This document shows, piece after piece, positions 9,114 through 18,180 of a DNA stretch of 64,000 nt; within the stretch, counting starts at the first letter, position 1, and every line of letters begins with the position of its first letter. The notes beneath the pieces are model-generated. The model was not told where the DNA came from. It was given only the letters and a program-made list of their open reading frames with translations, and ran no database searches. Both the position numbers and the translations under genes were made by a program. Origin of the DNA: an uncultured Alphaproteobacteria bacterium (lineage in GTDB: Bacteria > Pseudomonadota > Alphaproteobacteria > JALCBB01). Location: NCBI GenBank assembly GCA_958267355.1, contig OY279575.1, forward strand, positions 1,758,295 through 1,822,294, in the 5' to 3' direction.

Positions 9114-10604
9114 ATGACCCATCGCAAAAATACCCACGCCCGCCCGCCCGCCGCACCACGCAAACGCCGCGGCTTCTCAGCCATTGAGGCGATGGGTGCT
9201 GTCACCATCGGAGTCGTCTTTATCGCTCTCGCGGTTGGTATCCTCGCCGACCAGAGGGAACGCGAACGCGCCAGCGTACTCGCCGCCGATCTCGCCCTCG
9301 CCCTAGAAGGCGGCGAAAATTATCTGCGCGCCAACCTAGAAATCTTCTCACAAGACAATGACGAACTCGGCGTCGCCGCCACCCAAAGCCAACGCAAAGC
9401 ACAGGAAATCTGCCTGTCCGATATGGTGGCAGGGGATTACATCCCCAGCCATCTCTTCAGAGATAACGGCACAACAACGCCCTTCGGCTTGCGGATCCAT
9501 GTCTCCGCCGCCCGCCTAGAAAACGCCAACACCGAAAAACTCGGCAAACCAGACCTCTACGCAATCGTCGCCTTCACACAAGGCGATACAGCCCTATTCT
9601 CCAATAAAGCCCTCCTCACCACCGCCGAACACCTCGGCGACAAAGGCGGATACGGCACCGACACCAATAGCGGACGCTCCTTCATCGGGTGGGGAACAGG
9701 CTACGCCAACAACGCACTCAACCAAGACGCACCCACCACCACACCCGCCAACACAGGGCCGCTATGGCAATTCAGTGGCACCCCCGCCGCTTCTGACTTT
9801 CCTGTCGTCGCCACGCTCGGCTCCTGCGCAACCCTAACCCCAACCAACCCAACCATCAATATGACAGGACAAGCCGTCGCTGTCGCCTTCGTCACCGTCT
9901 ATCCGCCAAGCAAAATCGCCGCCCTAGAAATCTTAGAAAAACAAACCCTAACCACAGACGAATTCCGTGCCGCCGCCGCCGTAGAAGTCATACGCGAAAA
10001 TGTACGCGCATACCTCCCCACCGACGCCACAGACGAATATATCTCAGGCTGTGGCACCACCACAGTACGCATGAAACGCTTCGCAGGCGCAGACCCAGCC
10101 CAAACCTTCCAAACCTTCCCCGTCTTCTCAGGCGTGGGCAGTACTACCATCTCCAGAGATCTCAACGCCTCTGCAGTAGAGCATTTCTGCTACAACGGAA
10201 ACTATGTCGTCCCCAACCCGCATATGGCACGACTGCAAGTCAGCAACATCAACGCCCACACCATAGAAGCAATGCGACTCGTCATCACAGGCAATAACGG
10301 AATCCTAAAAGTCAAAGGCGACCTGAAAACACCCGCCCTGCGCATAGACGCAAACGAACTGCTCGTAGACAGAATGGTCTTCAATGAAGGCGTAAAATCA
10401 AGACGCTTCAACCAAAATGGCGCCTACGGCTTCGCACAACCCCTCAATAACCTCTACATCAATAACCGTCCGCGAGTCGCCTATGTCTGCGGCTATCGTA
10501 GCCCCACCGCCACCTCCGATGTCTCCGTTAGCAGCGGCTCTGCGCTGGGATTAGGTAGCGTGCCAACAGCCACAGCCTGCGCAAGCCCCTTAGGCTCCAA
10601 CTAA
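9114..10604 (+). CDS. Large pilin-like protein, 496 aa
   Basis: MTHRKNTHARPPAAPRKRRG|FSAIEAMGAVTIGVVFIALAVGIL. Confidence 0.55.
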   Translation: MTHRKNTHARPPAAPRKRRGFSAIEAMGAVTIGVVFIALAVGILADQRERERASVLAADLALALEGGENYLRANLEIFSQDNDELGVAATQSQRKAQEICLSDMVAGDYIPSHLFRDNGTTTPFGLRIHVSAARLENANTEKLGKPDLYAIVAFTQGDTALFSNKALLTTAEHLGDKGGYGTDTNSGRSFIGWGTGYANNALNQDAPTTTPANTGPLWQFSGTPAASDFPVVATLGSCATLTPTNPTINMTGQAVAVAFVTVYPPSKIAALEILEKQTLTTDEFRAAAAVEVIRENVRAYLPTDATDEYISGCGTTTVRMKRFAGADPAQTFQTFPVFSGVGSTTISRDLNASAVEHFCYNGNYVVPNPHMARLQVSNINAHTIEAMRLVITGNNGILKVKGDLKTPALRIDANELLVDRMVFNEGVKSRRFNQNGAYGFAQPLNNLYINNRPRVAYVCGYRSPTATSDVSVSSGSALGLGSVPTATACASPLGSN

Positions 10605-10639
10605 GCCCGCAAAAATAACACCGCACCACAACGCACAAC

Positions 10640-10760
10640 GCCGCAACGCTACATCATCGCATCGCTACAACGCTACATCGCTACAACGCTACATCGCTAC
10701 ATCGCTACATCATCGCAACGCTACATCGCTACATCGCCGCAACAACGCCGCAACGCTAAA
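10640..10760. repeat. Octanucleotide tandem repeat (CGCTACAT / CGCTACAA, ~10 units) ending ~30 bp upstream of the 10789 GTG start
   Basis: Direct reading. Unit length 8 is not a multiple of 3. Confidence 0.8.
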
Positions 10761-10788
10761 CCACCACCGCTAAACCAGAGATCCAGCC

Positions 10789-12603
10789 GTGTACCCCTTC
10801 ATCGTCTTCGCCATCTTCGCCTTCGCCATCGCCGCCGCATGGCACGACATGGCCTTTGACGCCGCCAGCGAAGCGCGACTCAATAAACAACAATCCCAAG
10901 CCCAAAACTTCGCAAACTTCGCCGTTGCACTACACGAAGCCGTAGCCACTCCGTTCTTTGACCACGACGAAGATGTAGCCACCGCCCCCGTACGCGCCTT
11001 CGCCTTCTCACGCGACTTCATCGCCCACAGCCAAGGCGGAAAAATCATCTACGACGAACGCAAACACGCCATCACCAACAAAAATATCGCCGACAATCCA
11101 ACCACCACAACCGCCTACACCGAATACGCAAACCTCTTTCAAGACTTTCTCCGCGACCTGCGGAAAAGCTCCGCCACCGCCGCGCAAGCCCCTCTCACCA
11201 ACACCGCCAGCCCCGCCTACCTAGCAGAAACCGACGAATTCGCCCGCAAAGCCCCCATAGAAGGACTCATACAAACCCTCTTCGGATGCTCGTCCTACGC
11301 AACCCCAGGACTCTCAATCTCAGCAGGAGACCCCGCCCAAAGCTCCAGCCAACTCTGCGGCTTCAACACAAAAGCCGCCGCCGCCGACACCAACACAGGC
11401 GGACCCGCCGCAGGACGATACGGATACGCAATCGCAACCCACATCCTGCCCTGGGCAGATGGCTTAACCATACGAGCCGTCGCAGGGGATCCGCCAACCC
11501 TCAGCTACACTCCAACCCCCACCCTAAGCGACCCCACCCAACTAACCGAATACAGCGCAAAAATCATCTCCCGATACGACCCCAAATCAGGAACCAACGC
11601 CGAACGCGCCACCGCCATAAATGACAAACTGCTAGAACTCTACCAAGAATACGAAACCGCCAACGCCCAACTACGCAAATTCAGAGCCGTACGCCGCGAC
11701 ACACTCTTCAACGCACGGCAAAAACTCCGCCTGCCCGAAGGCGTCTATGTACGCGCCTGGCTCGGATGCACCCTAGAAGGCGGAATCAACGCCGCCAACG
11801 CCCTCGCCACAGACCCCAACTTCAGCACCATACCCGACGATGTCTACTCCGCCTCAAGCTACGACGAAGGCGAAAGCGCAAACTATCGCCGCCGCGTACA
11901 ACGACTCTGCGGCGCAACCAAAACCACCAACCCCCTCGCCCTCATCGTCTGGCTAGAAACCGAAGACGGAAGCGGCGGACCCACAGGACAAATCATCGGA
12001 TTAGACGAAGGCGCAGTCCATGCCGAACTGCAAAAACTCCTGCCCGCCACAACCCGACTGCGCTTCGGCATCGGCAGAATGACCTCAGTCGTAGACCCCA
12101 ATATACCAACATCCACCACATTCCTCAGAACCGTAGCCGACCTAACCCCAGCCTCGCCAACAGGCGCCAACCGCAGAGGCATACACCAAACCGTAGACCA
12201 ACCCGCCGCCGGCTTAGGACGCGCCCAACTGCTCGGATTTCCCACACCCGACGGCACACCCAGAGGAATCCTGCCACGCCAAGACTTCGCCGCCATCGTA
12301 GAAACAGGACTCACCGCCAACCTGCCTCTGCGCTTCACATCCCGAGTCAGCGGCAGCAACACCTTCTATGACGGCAGACCCGAAGCCCCGCTCGCCTTCT
12401 ATTCAGTCTTCCCCATCGCCGAAGGCTTTGACGCCACCGACACCGCCTTCAGACCCTCACCAGACCCGCAAGTCGTCTCAAACGAAAGCGCATGCAGTGG
12501 CGGCGCAAGCGGCTGGATGTTCCAAGAAAACTCAGTCGCAACTAGACGACTCTGCATAGACCTATCAGCAGCTAGCTTCACAGATCTCCAAGACCAACCC
12601 TAA
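10789..12603 (+). CDS. Signal-anchored protein of the pilin-like cluster, 604 aa, GTG start (no canonical G-x4-E motif)
   Basis: N-terminal uncleaved-type hydrophobic segment YPFIVFAIFAFAIAAAW followed by a soluble Thr/Pro/Ala-rich body. In-frame stop 6 codons upstream fixes the start region. Same strand and spacing as the upstream pilin-like genes. Confidence 0.45.
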   Translation: MYPFIVFAIFAFAIAAAWHDMAFDAASEARLNKQQSQAQNFANFAVALHEAVATPFFDHDEDVATAPVRAFAFSRDFIAHSQGGKIIYDERKHAITNKNIADNPTTTTAYTEYANLFQDFLRDLRKSSATAAQAPLTNTASPAYLAETDEFARKAPIEGLIQTLFGCSSYATPGLSISAGDPAQSSSQLCGFNTKAAAADTNTGGPAAGRYGYAIATHILPWADGLTIRAVAGDPPTLSYTPTPTLSDPTQLTEYSAKIISRYDPKSGTNAERATAINDKLLELYQEYETANAQLRKFRAVRRDTLFNARQKLRLPEGVYVRAWLGCTLEGGINAANALATDPNFSTIPDDVYSASSYDEGESANYRRRVQRLCGATKTTNPLALIVWLETEDGSGGPTGQIIGLDEGAVHAELQKLLPATTRLRFGIGRMTSVVDPNIPTSTTFLRTVADLTPASPTGANRRGIHQTVDQPAAGLGRAQLLGFPTPDGTPRGILPRQDFAAIVETGLTANLPLRFTSRVSGSNTFYDGRPEAPLAFYSVFPIAEGFDATDTAFRPSPDPQVVSNESACSGGASGWMFQENSVATRRLCIDLSAASFTDLQDQP

Positions 12604-12779
12604 CCGCACAGGTTCATCCGTCAGGTCGTGGGGTGTAGGTCGTAAGTTGTGGATTGTAACTTGTAATTCGCTAAACCGCCCAAGGCAAGTCAGCTAGTCG
12701 CAATCCGCCAAACCGCCCGATGCAAGTCAGCTAGCCGCACACCCCAAGTTGTAAGTCTAAAGTTGTAAGTCGTAACGAA

Positions 12780-14879
12780 GTGACGAACTTCTCCTTCGTT
12801 TTTGCGCCGCTCCTGCCCGTCGCGCTCATCGCGACACTCGCCGCCGTCGCCCTCATCGCGCTCCTGCCCGCAAGCCTCGCCCGCGCCCGCGGCACCAGCC
12901 TGCGACTCGCCTTCTTCGCCCTTCTGCTCTTCGCTCTGCTCGGGCCCACCCTAGAACAACAAAGTCAGGAAACCCTGCCCACCATCGCACTCGCCATCTT
13001 AGACCGCTCCGCCAGCCAAACCATCGGCGCACGCGAAGCCCAAACCAATCAAGCCCTCGCCGCACTCACCTCCGCCGCCGAGCGAATCAACGCCGAGCTC
13101 ATCATCGCCGAAACCCCACGCTCAGCCGAATCAACCCAACTCCTTTCAACCCTCGCCAGCGAACTACCACGACTCAACCCACAACAACTCGGCGCAGTCT
13201 TCTTAATCAGCGACGGACAAGCCCACGACACAGAAATCAAACCCAACCTTGCCGCCCCCGTCCATCTGCTGCTCACAGGCTCAGCACAAGACCAAGACCG
13301 CTCTCTAGAACTCATACAAACCCCACGTTTCGGACTCCTCGCCCGCGAAACCCAAGTCAAAGTCTCAGTACAAAGCCGCGGTAAAGGCGAAAGCTCCGTG
13401 CCCGTCTCGCTCAAACTCAACGGCGAAGTCTTGCAAAGGCTTCAACTCTCCGCCAACCAAGAACACACGCTATCGTTCAAACTCACACGCCGCGGCGAAA
13501 ACTTCGTAGAGCTAGAAACGCCAAGCTCCGCCGATGAAATGACAGAAGCCAACAACCAAGTCGGCTTCGTCATCAACGGCATTCGCGACCGCCTGCGCGT
13601 GCTCATCATCTCAGGACACCCCCACGCAGGACAACGCGCCTGGCGCGATCTGCTCAAATCAGATCCCGCCGTAGATCTGGTGCACTTTAATATTTTGCGC
13701 GAACGCGAAGACGATGTACGCGCCAATGTTGAAGAACTGTCGCTTATTGCTTTTCCTGTTGATCAACTCTTCTTGGAAGACTTAGATGGTTTTGACCTCA
13801 TCATCTTTGATAGATACTTCTTACGCGGACATCTACGCGCCCCGCACCTAGATGCTGTCGCCAACTTTGTTCTCGCGGGCGGGGCGTTGCTCGCGGTCGC
13901 GGGCGAAGAATTTTCAGGGCCTGGCACTTTGTACAACGGAGTCTTCACCTCTGTCTTAGCCGCGCAACCTGTCGGCGAAATTCGCCGTGCCGCCTTTCGT
14001 CCGACCCGAACCGAGCTGGGCTTGCGCCATCCCGTCACCGCCAAGCTCAACGAAACCGCGAACCGCCCGTGGGGGCAGTGGTACCGCCGCAATCGCGTCC
14101 TGCCCGCCCAAAACGATAGCCCCGTGCTCCTCGCCGCCGAAAACGAACCCCTGCTCATACTCGCCCGAACAGGGCAGGGACGCTCGGCACTTCTCGCCAG
14201 CGACCAAATCTGGCTCTGGGCCCGCGGCCACGACGGCGGCGGACCCGAAGCCGACCTGCTACGGCGACTCGTCCATTGGCTCATGCGCGAACCCGAGCTG
14301 GAAGAAGAACGACTCCTGCTCAAAGCCGAAGACAACCAAATCACCGTAGAACGCCGCTCTTTATATCCCGTAGAAGGCAATGCCGCTGTCGTGCAACTCA
14401 CCGCTCCCAACGGCACGCCGCAAGAAATCACCCTACAAACCGTAGAAGACCAAACAGGCGGACGCGCCATCGCCAAGCTCAACAACGCCGCCGAAGGCTT
14501 CTGGCGTGCCACCCAAACCATCACCCACACAGCAGGGCAGGGCAACGCCAACCAAAAAGAAATACTAGAAGCCTTCGCACTCGTCGGACGAAACCTACAA
14601 CGCGAATTCGCCACGCCCTTTTCTACGCCCGAACTTTTGCGTCCGTTGGTTAATCAAACAGGCGGCTCAGTACTACGGCTAGAAGAACATCCAGAACCAC
14701 GCCTGCGGCGTATCCGTAGCCAAACTTCAGCAGGCGGACGCGGCGATTGGCTCGCAGTTTTAGATAAACGCGCCACCCGAACCCTAAATACCGAAGTCAT
14801 CCCGCTTCTGCCCGCCCCGCTGGTCGCCGCTCTTCTGCTGGCTCTTCTGCTCTTCGCTTGGCGGCGGGAATCACGCTAA
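12780..14879 (+). CDS. Membrane protein with N-terminal double-transmembrane (two_anch-type) domain, central class-I glutamine-amidotransferase-like fold and C-terminal TM anchor (Bat/DUF4159-related family), 699 aa, GTG start
   Basis: N-terminus F-x-x-P-L-L-P..LIALLP pattern. ..DLVHFNIL..FDLIIFDRYFLRGH..LAGGALLAVAGEE.. block. C-terminal LLPAPLVAALLLALLLFAWRR. In other alphaproteobacteria this family normally sits with MoxR/DUF58/vWA genes, which are absent here. Confidence 0.5.
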   Translation: MTNFSFVFAPLLPVALIATLAAVALIALLPASLARARGTSLRLAFFALLLFALLGPTLEQQSQETLPTIALAILDRSASQTIGAREAQTNQALAALTSAAERINAELIIAETPRSAESTQLLSTLASELPRLNPQQLGAVFLISDGQAHDTEIKPNLAAPVHLLLTGSAQDQDRSLELIQTPRFGLLARETQVKVSVQSRGKGESSVPVSLKLNGEVLQRLQLSANQEHTLSFKLTRRGENFVELETPSSADEMTEANNQVGFVINGIRDRLRVLIISGHPHAGQRAWRDLLKSDPAVDLVHFNILREREDDVRANVEELSLIAFPVDQLFLEDLDGFDLIIFDRYFLRGHLRAPHLDAVANFVLAGGALLAVAGEEFSGPGTLYNGVFTSVLAAQPVGEIRRAAFRPTRTELGLRHPVTAKLNETANRPWGQWYRRNRVLPAQNDSPVLLAAENEPLLILARTGQGRSALLASDQIWLWARGHDGGGPEADLLRRLVHWLMREPELEEERLLLKAEDNQITVERRSLYPVEGNAAVVQLTAPNGTPQEITLQTVEDQTGGRAIAKLNNAAEGFWRATQTITHTAGQGNANQKEILEAFALVGRNLQREFATPFSTPELLRPLVNQTGGSVLRLEEHPEPRLRRIRSQTSAGGRGDWLAVLDKRATRTLNTEVIPLLPAPLVAALLLALLLFAWRRESR

Positions 14880-14949
14880 CACACACAAAACATCTAAAAC
14901 ACTAAAACATCTAGAACACTAAAACGCCTAACAACGATGGCGGCAAGGC

Positions 14950-15549
14950 TCACGCATCATCCTTACGATGCCACGGCACAGACAAAAACGGAATCCCATC
15001 TTCCTGCAGTTCGCGCCGCTCTTCTTCGGTGCTCTCACCGTAAATCCCTCGGGTTGCATCTTCGTCTGCCGCGTCTCCTAGCTCTTCTCGCTGCTCTTCG
15101 CGCTCGTTGTGGCGACGACGGGCTTCTTCAGCAAACCGCTTGCCAACATAGTCGCACTCGCTCTCCACATGGCGGCGTAAAGTCTGCAGAAATCGACGGG
15201 CTTGCTGCTCCGCACTCGGAGCCGCTATCTCACGCCGCCGCAGTGCCACAGAGTCAGACCCTGTGGCTTCGTTTGCGCCCGCGTCTGTGTTTGCCTCTGT
15301 GCCCGCGTCTGTGTTTGCTTCCGCACCCGAAGCCTGTGCATCGCTCGGCGAAGCCCCAGACTTCATCGCCCGCCGCGAAGCACTCTTGGCAGAAACCGAT
15401 GGCGCCATCAACGCCAAGTCAATCTGCTTGCTCTCACAAACAGGACAGGTCAAGCGGCCCAGACGTTTCTCGCGAGCAAAGCCCGCCGAGCCACGGAACC
15501 ATCCGTCAAAAGTGTGCCCTTCAGCACAGCGCAGAGAGTAGTGAATCAT
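14950..15549 (-). CDS. DUF1178 family zinc-ribbon protein (start at Met8 of the ORF 14950..15570)
   Basis: MIHYSLRCAEGHTFDGWF..CPVCES signature. Carries an in-frame repeat (EANTDAGTEANTDAG). Confidence 0.55.
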   Translation of the reverse strand: MIHYSLRCAEGHTFDGWFRGSAGFAREKRLGRLTCPVCESKQIDLALMAPSVSAKSASRRAMKSGASPSDAQASGAEANTDAGTEANTDAGANEATGSDSVALRRREIAAPSAEQQARRFLQTLRRHVESECDYVGKRFAEEARRRHNEREEQREELGDAADEDATRGIYGESTEEERRELQEDGIPFLSVPWHRKDDA

Positions 15550-15762
15550 CGCCCAAAAAAAGCCCGTCAAAAGAAGCTTGTCATAAGAAGTCTGTCAAGG
15601 GAAGTCGGGCGCAAAAACTCCCAGCAGGAAACGCGTTCAGGAAACACACCCAAGAAATACATCTAGGAAACGCGCCCAGGAAATACACCCAAGGAACGAG
15701 AAATACGCCCAGGAAATACATCCAAGAAACGCACCGCGCAAACCCCGCCCTTTCATTATATA

Positions 15763-17205
15763 GTGATGCCACCCACAGGAAACAAGACCATGCCACAGAA
15801 AAAACCAAAAACCCCGCCCAAAGCCCCGTCCAGTAAGACAGAGGCTAGGCAAAAAACCCCACAAAGCCACAACAAAGAAAACCCGCGCCTCGCCAAGCAG
15901 GTCAAGCGCCATCTCCGCGTCAGTAGCAGCACCAGTAGCCTCGCCATCAAACTCCTGCTCTCGCGACTCACAGGAGCCGAAACCCAAACCAACGCCAACG
16001 AAGTCAAACGAGTACTCGGCGGACTCAAAGGCCCCCTAATGAAAATCGCACAACTCTTAGCAACCATACCCGACGCCCTGCCTCCCGAATATGTACAAGC
16101 CTTGCAAGAGTTGCAGTCAAACGCTCCGCCCATGGGCAAGTGGTTCGTCGCCCGCCGCATGCAGAGCGAACTCGGAGCCAACTGGCAAAACCAATTTGAT
16201 AGCTTCGATCTACAACCCGCCCACGCCGCTTCCTTAGGACAAGTGCATTTCGCCGAACGCAACGGCACAGCCTTGGCAGTCAAGTTGCAATATCCAGATA
16301 TGGAGTCAGCAATCACCGCCGACCTAGCACAGATGAAACTCGCACTCGCCGCATACCACCGCCTAGACGCAACCATAGACGCACGCCGTATGCTAAACGA
16401 ACTCGCCGAACGCCTCGCCGAAGAACTAGACTACCAACGCGAAGCCACACACCAAAAACTCTTCGCCTCCATTCTGGCACAAGAAAACAAAATCGCCGTG
16501 CCACATCCTGTGGTAGAGCTTTCCACCAAACGCCTGCTCACCATGAACCGCCTAACAGGCGCACCACTCGTCAAATGGCTAGAAACCAAACCCAGCCAAA
16601 CCGCCCGCAACCAACTCGCACAACTCCTTCTACAAGCCTGGTACCTGCCCTTCTATCGCCACGGAGTCCTGCACGGAGACCCGCATCTCGGCAACTACAC
16701 AGTCGCAGGAACAGCACAAAATCCAAGCCTAAACCTTTTAGACTTCGGCTGTGTACGAGTCTTCCCACAGCAGTTCGTACAAGGCGTGCTAGACCTATAC
16801 ATCGCCACCCGCGACAAAAATCAAGACCTCGCACTACACGCCTACCACGCCTGGGGCTTTGAAGACCTAACAAAACGACGCGACCTGCTCGCCGCACTCA
16901 ACCTATGGGCAGAGTTCATCTACGCACCACAACTAGAAGACAAAGTTCAGCCCATCGTCCAAGGCGGAGTCGCCGCCGAAGGCAGCACCGTCGCCGCCCA
17001 AGTCTATCAAGCCATCAAAGCCGCAGGCGGAGTCGCTCCGCCAGGGGAGTTCGTGCTTATGGATCGCTCCGCCGTTGGCTTGGCCTCTGTCTTCAGCCGC
17101 CTCGGCGCAGAACTCAACTGGTGCCAAGAACTAGGCAAACTAGCAGAAGAATTCATCCCCCAAAACTTCACCAAACGACAAAACGAAGTCCTAACAATAC
17201 CCTGA
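15763..17205 (+). CDS. ubiB: ABC1/UbiB-family atypical protein kinase
   Basis: GPLMKIAQLLATIPDALPPEYVQALQELQSNAPP..LGQVHFAE..LAVKLQYPD kinase-like motifs. The stop codon (TGA) lies inside the first bases of a repeat-A copy. Confidence 0.7.
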   Translation: MMPPTGNKTMPQKKPKTPPKAPSSKTEARQKTPQSHNKENPRLAKQVKRHLRVSSSTSSLAIKLLLSRLTGAETQTNANEVKRVLGGLKGPLMKIAQLLATIPDALPPEYVQALQELQSNAPPMGKWFVARRMQSELGANWQNQFDSFDLQPAHAASLGQVHFAERNGTALAVKLQYPDMESAITADLAQMKLALAAYHRLDATIDARRMLNELAERLAEELDYQREATHQKLFASILAQENKIAVPHPVVELSTKRLLTMNRLTGAPLVKWLETKPSQTARNQLAQLLLQAWYLPFYRHGVLHGDPHLGNYTVAGTAQNPSLNLLDFGCVRVFPQQFVQGVLDLYIATRDKNQDLALHAYHAWGFEDLTKRRDLLAALNLWAEFIYAPQLEDKVQPIVQGGVAAEGSTVAAQVYQAIKAAGGVAPPGEFVLMDRSAVGLASVFSRLGAELNWCQELGKLAEEFIPQNFTKRQNEVLTIP

Positions 17206-17810
17206 TTTCTAAGCCGCAGAAAAATGGGTTGGGGTTAGTCTTTCTCTCACTGTTTAAGTTACGGCGGCTTACGCCGCCTAGTGCCGTGAAGCGGTGCGCT
17301 ACGCGCAAGACGCTTCACGGCGTCCGCTTCGCTCCGTTCGCTGACGCTCCACTCCGCTCGCGTTCGTGCCCTACGGGCACTCGGTGGGTCTTCATCTCCA
17401 TAACGGGAGCCAGTTAATCCCCCTACTCTAGGGAAATTGGCTCAATTAACCCGTTACTAAAACTATGGGGCGTGGCGGTTGGAGGAAGAAACAAGGCTTG
17501 GCACGAATGCCGCACCGCAAGGTGCCCGCTCCGCTCGCGTTCGTGCCCTACGGGCACTCGGTGGGTCTTCGTCTCCATAACGGGAGCCAGTTAATCCCCC
17601 TACTCTAGGGAAATTGGCTCAATTAGCCCTTCCATTGAAACTATGGGGCGTGGCGGTTGGAGGAAGCAACAAGGGCTGGCACGAATGCCGCACCGCAAGG
17701 TGCTTGGCACGAATGCCGCACCGCAAGGTGCTTGGCACGAATGCCGCACCGCAAGGTGCTCCCCCCGTAAGGTGCCCAGCATTGACGCTACATCGCAAGG
17801 CGGCTAGGAT
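17199..17810. mobile_element. Composite A/B repeat element: repeat A (17199-17250), hairpin block, then B modules including a ~190-bp internal tandem duplication and 3 x 28-bp TTGGCACGAATGCCGCACCGCAAGGTGC
   Basis: Direct comparison with 489-556, 2633-2800 and 53561-53935. The 16905..17417 ORF is a translation artefact (LISKPQKNGLGLVFLSLF recurs at each A copy). Confidence 0.5.
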
Positions 17811-17839
17811 ATAGGCCTGCGCAACAATTTTTCTTGTTA

Positions 17840-18125
17840 CGTGGGCGGAAGGGGAAAAAAGCCTTTTTCGCGAAGTGGGAAGGTGTATGCCAAACAGAAA
17901 CCCACCAACAAAACACACCAACCAAAACACACGAGCAAAAACACACCTGCAGAACACACCAACCAAACCCTACCCGCAAAAACCTACCCGCAAAAACACA
18001 CGAGCAAAAACGCACCCGCGAAAGCACCAGTAAAAACGCACTGCAGAAAAACACCAGCGGAAATGCATCTGTAAAAAATTCTGGCAAAAACGCACCAGCA
18101 GAAACGCAGCTGTAAAACACAGAAG
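17840..18125. repeat. A/C-rich low-complexity repeat tract (AAAAACRCAC-like units, ~280 bp) immediately upstream of the DUF1013 gene
   Basis: Direct reading. Essentially no G+T on the top strand. Confidence 0.7.
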
Positions 18126-18180
18126 CAAAAGCGCGTAGGTGAAAGTGTCAGTGCACATCACACCATCAGGAGAAATCGCT

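Noticed and set aside
11766-12371. Arg-rich 201-aa ORF (+) and other long overlapping/antisense ORFs (e.g. 13763..14614 -, 36685..37548 -, 39331..39912 -, 42374..43159 -, 4309..4938 -)
   Set aside because: They lie entirely inside or antisense to well-supported genes. Their low-complexity R/P/S-rich composition is typical of off-frame high-GC artefacts.
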